From Synechococcales cyanobacterium VAR_4_metabat_354 (GTDB lineage Bacteria > Cyanobacteriota > Cyanobacteriia > Cyanobacteriales > Chamaesiphonaceae), in NCBI GenBank assembly GCA_031414775.1, contig JANOQI010000011.1, forward strand, positions 1-64,000: DNA of 64,000 bases. The letters run 5' to 3'. Below the pieces are notes generated by a model that was not told the DNA's origin, made no database searches, and saw only the letters and a program-made list of their open reading frames with translations. Position 1 is the first letter of the stretch. Every line of letters begins with the position of its first letter. A program made the translations under genes and the position numbers. Positions 29,549 to 37,755 of this stretch are shown here, one piece after another.

Positions 29549-30391
29549 ATGACAGTGATTGAAAGTCTCTATAGTGATGGAGCCTGTAAAGGTAATCCGG
29601 GACCTGGTGGCTGGGGAGCTGTAGCCTACTTTACCAACGGTTCCATATCAGAATTGGGTGGTAGTGACCCAGCGACGACGAACAACCGGATGGAAATGCA
29701 GGCCGCGATCGAAGCCCTCAATTTTTTTGTTAAATCCGGTCAAGCCGATCCTTGCACCATTTATACCGACAGTGAATACGTCATTAAAGGCATCACTAGT
29801 TGGCTAAAGGGCTGGAAAAATAAGGGGTGGAAAACCTCGGCTGGTAAACCAGTCCTAAATCAAGATTTGTGGGAAATATTAGATGAACTAAGCATCCAAA
29901 TTCGCCAGCAGACTCAAGGTAAACCAGTTCGCTGGGAATATGTTAAAGGTCATGCTGGCAATATTGGCAATGAGCGCTGTGATACGATCGCTAGCTCTTT
30001 TGCTCTCGGTAAACCAGTTCCACTTCAGCAAGGTCAAATTACAACAGTGCCAGTTAACTCTTCAACACCAGTTAATTCTTTAAACACATCACAGTCGCTC
30101 GAAGAAAACCATATCCATCATGGTGAGCACGACAATATCCCCCGGGGTGAGAGAGTAACCCATCTTCACTACTTAGTTGACACCCTTCATATTGCTGAAG
30201 AGATTGCCGCACAAGGATATTTCATCACTAGCTCCGAACTGGCAGATTTAATGGATATCAATGCTAATGCTGTAACTAGTCGTGGTGATCATTGGGTGTG
30301 GCGCAATTGGATGGTCTGTCGAGCCAGAAGAGAAGGAAATCAGATTCTTTGGCAGCTAGAAAGAATCGATCGATCAAAAGAACTGGCCTAA
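29549..30391 (+). CDS. rnhA: Ribonuclease HI with C-terminal extension
   Basis: Motifs SDGACKGNPGPGGWG, TTNNRME, TDSEY and VKGHAG..GNERCD. Confidence 0.95.
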   Translation: MTVIESLYSDGACKGNPGPGGWGAVAYFTNGSISELGGSDPATTNNRMEMQAAIEALNFFVKSGQADPCTIYTDSEYVIKGITSWLKGWKNKGWKTSAGKPVLNQDLWEILDELSIQIRQQTQGKPVRWEYVKGHAGNIGNERCDTIASSFALGKPVPLQQGQITTVPVNSSTPVNSLNTSQSLEENHIHHGEHDNIPRGERVTHLHYLVDTLHIAEEIAAQGYFITSSELADLMDINANAVTSRGDHWVWRNWMVCRARREGNQILWQLERIDRSKELA

Positions 30392-30527
30392 ATCTTTATT
30401 TTTGCGGTCAGTAAAATCGCTGAAAGTATCAAATAGTGATAGAAGTTTTTTTATTCAGCTAGTAGGCCAAAGCTGAATAAGAGAGCTAGTTTTAAGCATC
30501 AGCCATTTAATTTAACTCCAATAAAAT

Positions 30528-30541
30528 GTATCGCATGATAC
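30528..30541 (+). promoter_or_regulatory. NtcA binding site upstream of amt
   Basis: GTA-TCGCATGA-TAC (GTA-N8-TAC) within TGTATC...GATACA, with a -10-like CAAAAT 23 nt downstream. amt genes are established NtcA targets. Confidence 0.85.
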
Positions 30542-30628
30542 AGATTAGTAGGTGTCATCAATCACAAAATTGTTGCACTGTGATATAAAACTTCTAATCT
30601 TTGTTCTTGGCGTGAGGGAATCAATGCA

Positions 30629-32056
30629 GTGCTGAAAAAAATACTTTTAATATCCTTAGTTTCTTTATGGTTCTTAAGTGGTCCGTTGATGGGCAATGCC
30701 TGGGCTGCTGATGCACCCAAAGATCCGGTGGATACAGGAGATACGGCCTTTATGCTGGTAGCAGCAGCTTTAGTGTTACTGATGACTCCGGGACTAGCCT
30801 TCTTTTATGGTGGATTGGTGCGCTCGCGCAATGTCCTTAACACCATGATGATGAGCCTATTACTGATGGGCTTGGTTGGTGTGACCTGGGTGCTATTTGG
30901 CTATAGTCTAGCCTTTGATAATCCGATCGATCAAGCAGCCACAACCGCCGCCGGGATTGTGAAATTTGATCTCAAAGCGGTCAATCCCTTCATTGGTGGA
31001 CTAAGGTGGATGGGCTTAAATGGAGTCTCTGGCTCCGTACCAGTAGAATATGCAGGTACCATTCCTCACCAAGTATTTATGGTGTACCAGATGATGTTTG
31101 CGATCATCACCCCAGCGTTGATCTCTGGGGCGATCGTCGAACGGATGAGCTTCAAAGCTTACTTCTGGTTTGTATTAATCTGGTCTACTGTAATCTATGC
31201 GCCTCTTGCTCACTGGGTATGGGGTAAAGGCTGGTTAGGCGCCATGGGTGCTTTAGACTTTGCCGGTGGTAACGTTGTGCACATCAGCTCAGGGGTGTCT
31301 GCGGTGGTAGCAGCTTGGGTAATTGGCCCGCGCAAAACCTTCCGTACCCAGCCAGCTGCTCCCCATAACGTCCCCTACGTGATGATCGGGATTGGTTTAC
31401 TGTGGTTTGGTTGGTTTGGTTTTAATGGTGGTAGCGGCTTGAGTGCCAAAGGTGCAGTAATTCCTTTTGTCACCACCATGGTTGCCTCCGCAGCTGCTGG
31501 TTTAATGTGGTTGATTTTGGAATGGGTGTTACGCCAAAAGCCAACAGCAGTCGGTATTGCCAGTGGATTTTTGGCTGGCTTGGTCGGTATTACTCCCTGC
31601 GCTGGCTATGTCAGTCCGTTAGCAGCCATTTTAGTAGGATTAATTACATCCACTTGCTGTTTCTTTGCGGTGAGCTTACGAGCAAAACTACAATTTGATG
31701 ATTCCCTGGATGCTTTCCCCATACATGGTGTCGGTGGAACAGTCGGGGCGATTTTGACTGGGATATTTGCCTCTAAAGAGTTCTACCAAATTATGGGAGA
31801 GGATGGTAAAACCCCCATTGCCTTAGGCTTAGTAGATGGTAATGGTAAACAAATTGTCACCCAGTTAATTAGTATTGCTGCTACCTATGCTTTTGCCGCT
31901 GTGGGGACATTTATTATTCTCAAGGGTTTGAGCTTGGTGATGCCGCTCCGCACCAAAGAAGAATCTGAATACCAAGGTTTGGATGTTAGTGAACATGGTG
32001 AAGAAGGCTATGGTGAAGAATTCGCATCAGGTTTAAGCTTTGCTGAAAGAGAATAG
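30629..32056 (+). CDS. amt: Ammonium transporter
   Basis: Motifs MTPGLAFFYGG, DFAGGNVVH, WFGWFGFNGGS and DDSLDAFPIHG. Confidence 0.97.
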   Translation: MLKKILLISLVSLWFLSGPLMGNAWAADAPKDPVDTGDTAFMLVAAALVLLMTPGLAFFYGGLVRSRNVLNTMMMSLLLMGLVGVTWVLFGYSLAFDNPIDQAATTAAGIVKFDLKAVNPFIGGLRWMGLNGVSGSVPVEYAGTIPHQVFMVYQMMFAIITPALISGAIVERMSFKAYFWFVLIWSTVIYAPLAHWVWGKGWLGAMGALDFAGGNVVHISSGVSAVVAAWVIGPRKTFRTQPAAPHNVPYVMIGIGLLWFGWFGFNGGSGLSAKGAVIPFVTTMVASAAAGLMWLILEWVLRQKPTAVGIASGFLAGLVGITPCAGYVSPLAAILVGLITSTCCFFAVSLRAKLQFDDSLDAFPIHGVGGTVGAILTGIFASKEFYQIMGEDGKTPIALGLVDGNGKQIVTQLISIAATYAFAAVGTFIILKGLSLVMPLRTKEESEYQGLDVSEHGEEGYGEEFASGLSFAERE

Positions 32057-32093
32057 ATTTCTAGATATCTAATCTGGATCTTTAAATTGATCG

Positions 32094-32121
32094 ATCGCCA
32101 ACTAAATGAGTTGGCGATTTT
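32094..32121 (+). terminator. Intrinsic terminator after amt
   Basis: ATCGCCAACT-AAATG-AGTTGGCGAT-TTT. Confidence 0.7.
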
Positions 32122-32323
32122 GATAGGAATCTCAGTCTGATGGAGCCGGTAAAGCGGCACTCATCTTGACAAATATGTAGTGCTTTTGTAGTATCATTAT
32201 CCTAAATGTTTAGATAATGCTAAAATGTGTTTCGTTAAGTATGTGAATCAGGCAAAGTAGCTGTCACGAATGAAGCTCCGCTATGTTGGTTCTATTATTC
32301 TCAAAGACTATATTGTGATAAAG

Positions 32324-34033
32324 ATGAAAAATCACCTGTTGCCAACTACTCTCTTGGGTGCAACTGCCCTCGTTGGCTATGTCACACCAGCAGCAGCTTT
32401 ATCCCCAGTAGAAGTTCAGAGAATTGCTAAACAGCGTACCGTCCAGATCGAGGGATGTAACAAAGGCTCCGGCGTAATTATCCAAAAAAATGGTAATAAT
32501 TACACTGTGCTGACGGCAGCCCATGTGGTCAGTGACAGTGGCTGCGAAGTCATAGCCCCAGACGATACTAGCTATCGGGTTACCAAGGTAAATATTTTCC
32601 CCAATCAAATCGATCTAGCCGTAGTTAACTTCACCAGTAATAAAAACTACCCAGTTGCTAAAACAATCCGCAATTCTGATCGGATCGAAGCAGGTGAAAC
32701 TATTTATGTTTCTGGTTTTCCAGTCTCTACCGCTATTGCTAAATCCGTATTCGCCTTTGTCAAGGGAGATGTGGTCAGTAATGGTACTAAGCAACAGGAA
32801 AAAGGCTACTCACTGATTTACAACAATAGTACTTTGCCCGGATACAGTGGCGGCCCAGTTTGGAGCGATCAGGGCGAATTGATCGCGATCCACGGTCAAG
32901 GAGATATCGATACCAAATTACGAGATACGGTCAATGCCGATGTTCGGATTAAGACTGGATTCAATCTGGGGATTACCGTCAATACTTTTACCAAGCTTGC
33001 TTCTACAGCTGGAATCAATGGTTATGAGCCAGTGGCGATCGCGGCAAAACCCAAGCCGATCGATGATTTAATTGCTAGTGCCGTCCAAAAAGAACGCCAA
33101 GGTAACTATCGGGGTGTGTTAGTAGACATGGATCGAGCCATCACTCTGGATGCCAAGAATTCGCGACCTTACTACGGGCGGGGTCTAGCCAAGGCTCAGT
33201 TAGGAGATAACAAAGGAGCGATCGCAGACTATAACCGCGCTATTGCCCTCAATCCTAACTTTACTAACGCTTACCACAATCGTGGTTTTTCCAAGTCAGA
33301 GATCGGCGATGAAAAAGGAGCAATCAAAGACTACAACCGTGCGATCACGCTCAACCCGAATGATGACCAAGCCTACAATAATCGGGCTAGTGCTAAGTCG
33401 GAGGTCGGGGATAAAAAAGGAGCGATTAATGATTGGAATCGCGCCATCAACATCAATCCCAACTTTGCTTTTGCTTACCATAATCGAGCCATTGTGGAAG
33501 CGCGGCTAGGGAATTTAAAAAAAGCCCAAAATGATTGGAACCGCGCTCTTCAGATCAATCCTCAGTTAGCGCCAGCCTATAGAAACCGTGGCAATATCAA
33601 ATCTTTATTTGGAGATGCCAGAGGAGCTATCCAAGACTACAATCGGGCTATTTTTCTCAACCCTAATGATGCTCAAGCTTTCTACAACCGTGCTCATACC
33701 GAATCTGGGTTAGGCAATAAAAAGAAGGCAGTTGAAGACTATAACCGCGCGATCAACCTCTATCCCAACGATTTTCAATCGTACTACAATCGGGGCATTA
33801 CCAAATTTGAGTTAGGAAATCGTCAGGCCGCCATAGAAGACTACACCCGCGCCATCGCTATTAATCCAGGCTTTTCCTATGCCTACCATAACCGTGGGAC
33901 TGTCAAATCTGCTTTAGGCGACAAGGCCGGGGCACTCCTCGACTGGAGAAAAGCCGCCGAAATATTTAATCAACAAGGACAAGTAGCTAATTATCGCAAG
34001 TCGATGTCAGCGATCGAACGCCTGGGTTCCTAA
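32324..34033 (+). CDS. Secreted trypsin-like serine protease with TPR repeats
   Basis: Signal peptide; catalytic triad TAAHV / DLAVV / GYSGGP; about 9 tandem 34-aa TPRs (AYxNRG...GD..GAI.DYNRAI.LNP). Confidence 0.9.
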   Translation: MKNHLLPTTLLGATALVGYVTPAAALSPVEVQRIAKQRTVQIEGCNKGSGVIIQKNGNNYTVLTAAHVVSDSGCEVIAPDDTSYRVTKVNIFPNQIDLAVVNFTSNKNYPVAKTIRNSDRIEAGETIYVSGFPVSTAIAKSVFAFVKGDVVSNGTKQQEKGYSLIYNNSTLPGYSGGPVWSDQGELIAIHGQGDIDTKLRDTVNADVRIKTGFNLGITVNTFTKLASTAGINGYEPVAIAAKPKPIDDLIASAVQKERQGNYRGVLVDMDRAITLDAKNSRPYYGRGLAKAQLGDNKGAIADYNRAIALNPNFTNAYHNRGFSKSEIGDEKGAIKDYNRAITLNPNDDQAYNNRASAKSEVGDKKGAINDWNRAININPNFAFAYHNRAIVEARLGNLKKAQNDWNRALQINPQLAPAYRNRGNIKSLFGDARGAIQDYNRAIFLNPNDAQAFYNRAHTESGLGNKKKAVEDYNRAINLYPNDFQSYYNRGITKFELGNRQAAIEDYTRAIAINPGFSYAYHNRGTVKSALGDKAGALLDWRKAAEIFNQQGQVANYRKSMSAIERLGS

Positions 34034-34097
34034 CCAAAAGATTTTTTTGACTGCTATCTCAACCGTTCAAACGCCCTCTAAGTAGGGTAAGGAGCTA

Positions 34098-34125
34098 TTG
34101 CCACCACCATTAAATTTGTTATGAT
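34098..34125 (+). promoter_or_regulatory. Sigma70-type promoter of the small basic ORF
   Basis: TTGCCA(34098-34103)-N16-TATGAT(34120-34125), with an extended -10 TG at 34117. Confidence 0.6.
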
Positions 34126-34160
34126 CAGCAACAGTAGTTCATAAACTCAACCCAAGAACA

Positions 34161-34370
34161 ATGGCTAGAATGCTTAAGCGCTGGGAGTCACCGCGCAAAG
34201 AAGGTCGCAACGACAAAGGCAAAGGCGGCTCCGCCCGTCAACGACAGGTTAAAAAACAAATGAAAATGCTAAGGAAACGCCTGAAAGACCAAGGCCAATC
34301 CAGTAATCAGGGCAACAGCCCCCAGGGAGAGTTCTACACTCTCCCTTTTTTTTTGGACAATTTGCTGTAG
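34161..34370 (+). CDS. Small basic protein; candidate alternative ribosome-rescue factor expressed from non-stop mRNA
   Basis: 69 aa, K/R-rich, NDKGKGGS motif, own promoter, and an intrinsic terminator inside the ORF before the TAG. The function is an inference. Confidence 0.7.
   Translation: MARMLKRWESPRKEGRNDKGKGGSARQRQVKKQMKMLRKRLKDQGQSSNQGNSPQGEFYTLPFFLDNLL
34324..34354 (+). terminator. Intrinsic terminator located within the coding sequence
   Basis: Perfect 9-bp stem AGGGAGAGT-TCTAC-ACTCTCCCT followed by 8 further T; ends 13 nt before the stop codon at 34368-34370. Confidence 0.85.
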
Positions 34371-34408
34371 ATTAAGAATTATGCGCTTGCATCCCCCACT
34401 AAAAAATT

Positions 34409-35677
34409 ATGGCTCAATGGGATTTACGCAGCCTCTGGCAAACCTTGGTCTACTTTGAGGCCGTGCCGCTGCTCAAACAACTTCACCAGCTACAAGGACG
34501 AGCAATAGCCCCTAACCATAATTTTATGAATCAAGCAATTTTGGTAATTGGTGGGGTCGATCATCTCAGTCAACGAGTCGTTAAACAGCTGTGGCAAAAA
34601 GGCTATCATCCCTGTCTATTGGTACCTGCCGCTGAGCTATCGATCGCTCACCAACTTTTCCCTCAAGGCGTAGAAATTGTCGGCGGTGCTCTGAGCAGTA
34701 TCCCCACAACTGTCTGGCAGCAAGTGAGAGCGGTCATCTATTGCCCCGCAAGTGTTAACCAACCAGAACTGGATGCCCTAGTCCAACTTACCAATCAGCA
34801 TTTGCCTACCAGTAGCGATTTAGAACTTTTTGACTTCACCACAGCACAGACACCAGTGGCTCAAACTTGGGGGGCGGTGGATGATGTGGTAATGGGTGGG
34901 GTTAGTGCCAGTGGTCTGCAAAGTTCGACTAACTGTGCGCTGTTCACCGGCAATATCTCTACTGAAAACTCCGGCGGTTTTGCCTCGATTCGGACTCGTA
35001 ACTTTGAGCCAGCTCTAGATTTGAGCAACTATCAAGGGATTTCTTTACGGGTACGCGGTGATGGTAAACGCTACAAATTATTTTTACGCCCCAGCGAGCA
35101 GTGGGATGGTTTGGGCTATGCCTATTCCTTTGACACTAACAGCAGTATGGGCAACATCACCAATTTGCGAATTCCCTTTAGCAATTTAGTGCCTGTGATG
35201 CGAGCTAAGACGGTGCCCGATGCTCCTCCGATCGATCCCAGTAAAATTTCGGCTCTCCAAATCATGCTCAGCAAGTTTGAGTATGATGGCAACCTCAATC
35301 CCAATTTTCGAGCCGGTGATTTTGCCTTGGAATTATTCTCGATCGGAGCTTATGGCGATCGGATTCTGCCCCAACTGATTGTGGTAGCTCCCTTGACCAC
35401 CACCACTGGCAACGTTACTCAGCCTCTGGCTGGTAGCTTTAAGCCTTACACCACTTTGCAAATGGGTGTAGTAGTAGACCGCCCTGGTGGTCAGAATTTA
35501 GAGTTTGACTTACAAAAACTATCCAATGGCTCAGTGAGCAGTGAAGATCTGGCCGAACTTTGCGTGCAGTTACTCAATATTCCCACCGCCTGCAATCAAA
35601 CTATTAATGTTCAAGAAATTGGCCAGAGAGGGGTTAATACTTGGTCGAACCTGGTAGAAAAAGCTGTCCAATCCTAA
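34409..35677 (+). CDS. CIA30 (complex I intermediate-associated) domain protein with a degenerate NAD(P)-binding fold
   Basis: CIA30 motifs WGAVDDVVMGGVS, ENSGGFASIRT, RGDGKRYK and LSKFEYDG. Confidence 0.88.
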   Translation: MAQWDLRSLWQTLVYFEAVPLLKQLHQLQGRAIAPNHNFMNQAILVIGGVDHLSQRVVKQLWQKGYHPCLLVPAAELSIAHQLFPQGVEIVGGALSSIPTTVWQQVRAVIYCPASVNQPELDALVQLTNQHLPTSSDLELFDFTTAQTPVAQTWGAVDDVVMGGVSASGLQSSTNCALFTGNISTENSGGFASIRTRNFEPALDLSNYQGISLRVRGDGKRYKLFLRPSEQWDGLGYAYSFDTNSSMGNITNLRIPFSNLVPVMRAKTVPDAPPIDPSKISALQIMLSKFEYDGNLNPNFRAGDFALELFSIGAYGDRILPQLIVVAPLTTTTGNVTQPLAGSFKPYTTLQMGVVVDRPGGQNLEFDLQKLSNGSVSSEDLAELCVQLLNIPTACNQTINVQEIGQRGVNTWSNLVEKAVQS

Positions 35678-35683
35678 AAGACT

Positions 35684-36136
35684 ATGGCCAAGCAGGTTTT
35701 GGAACAATCTATCCAAATTAACGCCAGCGCCGTGATGGTCGATCGATGTATCACGGCACTAGATTTGCAACGACGGTGGCGGAATGGTAGCTGTGAAGCA
35801 ATTGGCGAATGGAGCGTGGCGGTGGGTAGCTATAGCCGTTTAATAATAAAAATGCCTTTGTTTCAATTCAGTTTAAGTAGAATTGTAGTGATCAGAGAAC
35901 CGGGACTAGTGGTATGGGGATTTAACGGATTGCTGACTGGACGAGATCGGTGGGAATGTCGCCCCAATGAACGCGGCACGCTGGTAGTGAATCGCTGGGA
36001 AATACAAGCTAGTAATGCGATCGGCTGGGGCTGGCAGCGCTTCAACCGTAAATGGACAACTGATGAGATGGCGGCGCAGTTAGTGCGCTTGAAATATGTG
36101 GCGGAAGAGCTGCACTATCTATCGGGGTTCCAATAA
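35684..36136 (+). CDS. SRPBCC/polyketide cyclase-like protein
   Basis: Pattern EQSIQINASA...REPGLVVWGF.G...GRDRWEC. Confidence 0.7.
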   Translation: MAKQVLEQSIQINASAVMVDRCITALDLQRRWRNGSCEAIGEWSVAVGSYSRLIIKMPLFQFSLSRIVVIREPGLVVWGFNGLLTGRDRWECRPNERGTLVVNRWEIQASNAIGWGWQRFNRKWTTDEMAAQLVRLKYVAEELHYLSGFQ

Positions 36137-36137
36137 A

Positions 36138-36210
36138 CATATTAAGAGCAATTGACTGATCTTATTCACAGAAGTGATACAATTAAGATCAGTCAATTGC
36201 TCTTAATATG
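36138..36210. repeat. 27-bp perfect inverted repeat with a 19-nt spacer
   Basis: CATATTAAGAGCAATTGACTGATCTTA (36138-36164) / TAAGATCAGTCAATTGCTCTTAATATG (36184-36210). Confidence 0.95.
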
Positions 36211-36212
36211 AT

Positions 36213-37679
36213 ATGTTCCAAATATCTGAAAAAGAAATTAAAGCCAGATTGCAGTTTGACAATCCGTGGTGGGAAGACAGTCAGATTGACCCCCGCTTTG
36301 ATCAAATGCGCCATCGTCATTACTTTGAGAGCTTCTTTGAATTGGTGAGTGATCGATCGATTAACCGCGCCATTGTCCTGATGGGACCAAGAAGAGTCGG
36401 TAAAACAGTGATGATCTACCACGCTGTAAAAAAGTTGATCGGTCAAGGGATCGCACCGCACCACATTTTGTATTTATCTCTAGAAACTCCGCTCTACACT
36501 GATTTACGTCTTGATCAGTTACTCACATTTTTTAGTGAGCTACACGAACACAATCGTCAAAGTAATCTCATAGTTTTTTTCGACGAGGTACAATATCTCA
36601 AAAATTGGGAAGTACACTTGAAATCTTTAGTGGATTCTTATCCCCAGTATCGATTTGTAGTAACAGGTTCGGCGGCGGCAGCGCTACGACTCAAAAGTCA
36701 GGAATCAGGCGCTGGCAGATTTTCTGATTTTTTACTGCCGCCATTGACCTTTGCTGAATATTTAAGCTTTATCGATCGAGAAGACGAACTGATCATTCAG
36801 CACAACGATCAATACGTTGCTACTAATATTACAGAATTAAATCAAGAATTCATCAACTATCTAAATTTTGGGGGGTATCCCGAAGCGGTATTATCGCCGA
36901 CTGTTCAAGGCAGCAGTTCCAGGTTTATTAAAAGTGACATCATCGACAAAGTACTACTGCGCGATCTGCCCAGTTTATATGGAATTAGTGACATTCAAGA
37001 ACTCAATCGCTTATTTACAACCTTGGCTTACAACACCGGTAATGAAGTCAGTTTAGATAATTTATCTAAATCTTCTGGGGTAGGGAAGACCACTTTAAAG
37101 CGATATATCGAGTATTTAGAAGCAGCTTTTTTGGTGCGTCGCATTTATCGCATCGATGATTCCGCTAAACGGTTCCAACGGGCGACTTCCTTCAAAGTAT
37201 ATTTGACCAACCCTTCTATGAGAGCCGCTCTTTTTGGCTATGTGGACGAAAACAGCCCAGCAACTGGAGCCTTGGCTGAAACGGCAATTTTTAGTCAGTG
37301 GTTCCATAGCGCCGATATTAGTCAACTACATTATGCCCGCTGGAAAAGCGGCGAGGTAGACTTAGTAGCCTTGGATAAGCTCGATCAAAAACCTTGGTGG
37401 TGTGTAGAAATCAAATGGTCAGATCGAGTCGTTCAAGATCATCAAGAAATTGCTGGACTAATTAAGTTTGCTAAAGACCATCACTTTTCCGAACCCCAGT
37501 TGGTTACGACCAAAACCATCACTCATCAATTTCCAGTCCAGGGAATTGAAATTAGGTTTAAGCCCAGTGCGGAGCAAGTCTATACTTTAGGGAAAAATAT
37601 TGTGCTTAGTTTACAGAAAAATCATCAAGAATTAACCGGATCTCATCAAGGGATGGATTTGGTCAGGAATGATTTTTAA
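36213..37679 (+). CDS. AAA+ ATPase (AAA_14) with a DUF4143-type C-terminal PD-(D/E)xK-like domain
   Basis: Walker A GPRRVGKT, Walker B FFDEVQ, then TGS, ESGAGR, GGYPE and C-terminal EVDLV...VEIKWS. Confidence 0.85.
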   Translation: MFQISEKEIKARLQFDNPWWEDSQIDPRFDQMRHRHYFESFFELVSDRSINRAIVLMGPRRVGKTVMIYHAVKKLIGQGIAPHHILYLSLETPLYTDLRLDQLLTFFSELHEHNRQSNLIVFFDEVQYLKNWEVHLKSLVDSYPQYRFVVTGSAAAALRLKSQESGAGRFSDFLLPPLTFAEYLSFIDREDELIIQHNDQYVATNITELNQEFINYLNFGGYPEAVLSPTVQGSSSRFIKSDIIDKVLLRDLPSLYGISDIQELNRLFTTLAYNTGNEVSLDNLSKSSGVGKTTLKRYIEYLEAAFLVRRIYRIDDSAKRFQRATSFKVYLTNPSMRAALFGYVDENSPATGALAETAIFSQWFHSADISQLHYARWKSGEVDLVALDKLDQKPWWCVEIKWSDRVVQDHQEIAGLIKFAKDHHFSEPQLVTTKTITHQFPVQGIEIRFKPSAEQVYTLGKNIVLSLQKNHQELTGSHQGMDLVRNDF

Positions 37680-37755
37680 AAAATCTGGCCAGAATATACA
37701 ATACGGTGATGACAATGGCATAATTAAACTAGTTTTTAATATCCACCGTCTGCTG

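Noticed and set aside
33150..33960. ~102-nt periodic DNA repeats; also 15-nt periodicity at 47500-47950
   Set aside because: Explained by TPR and pentapeptide protein repeats.
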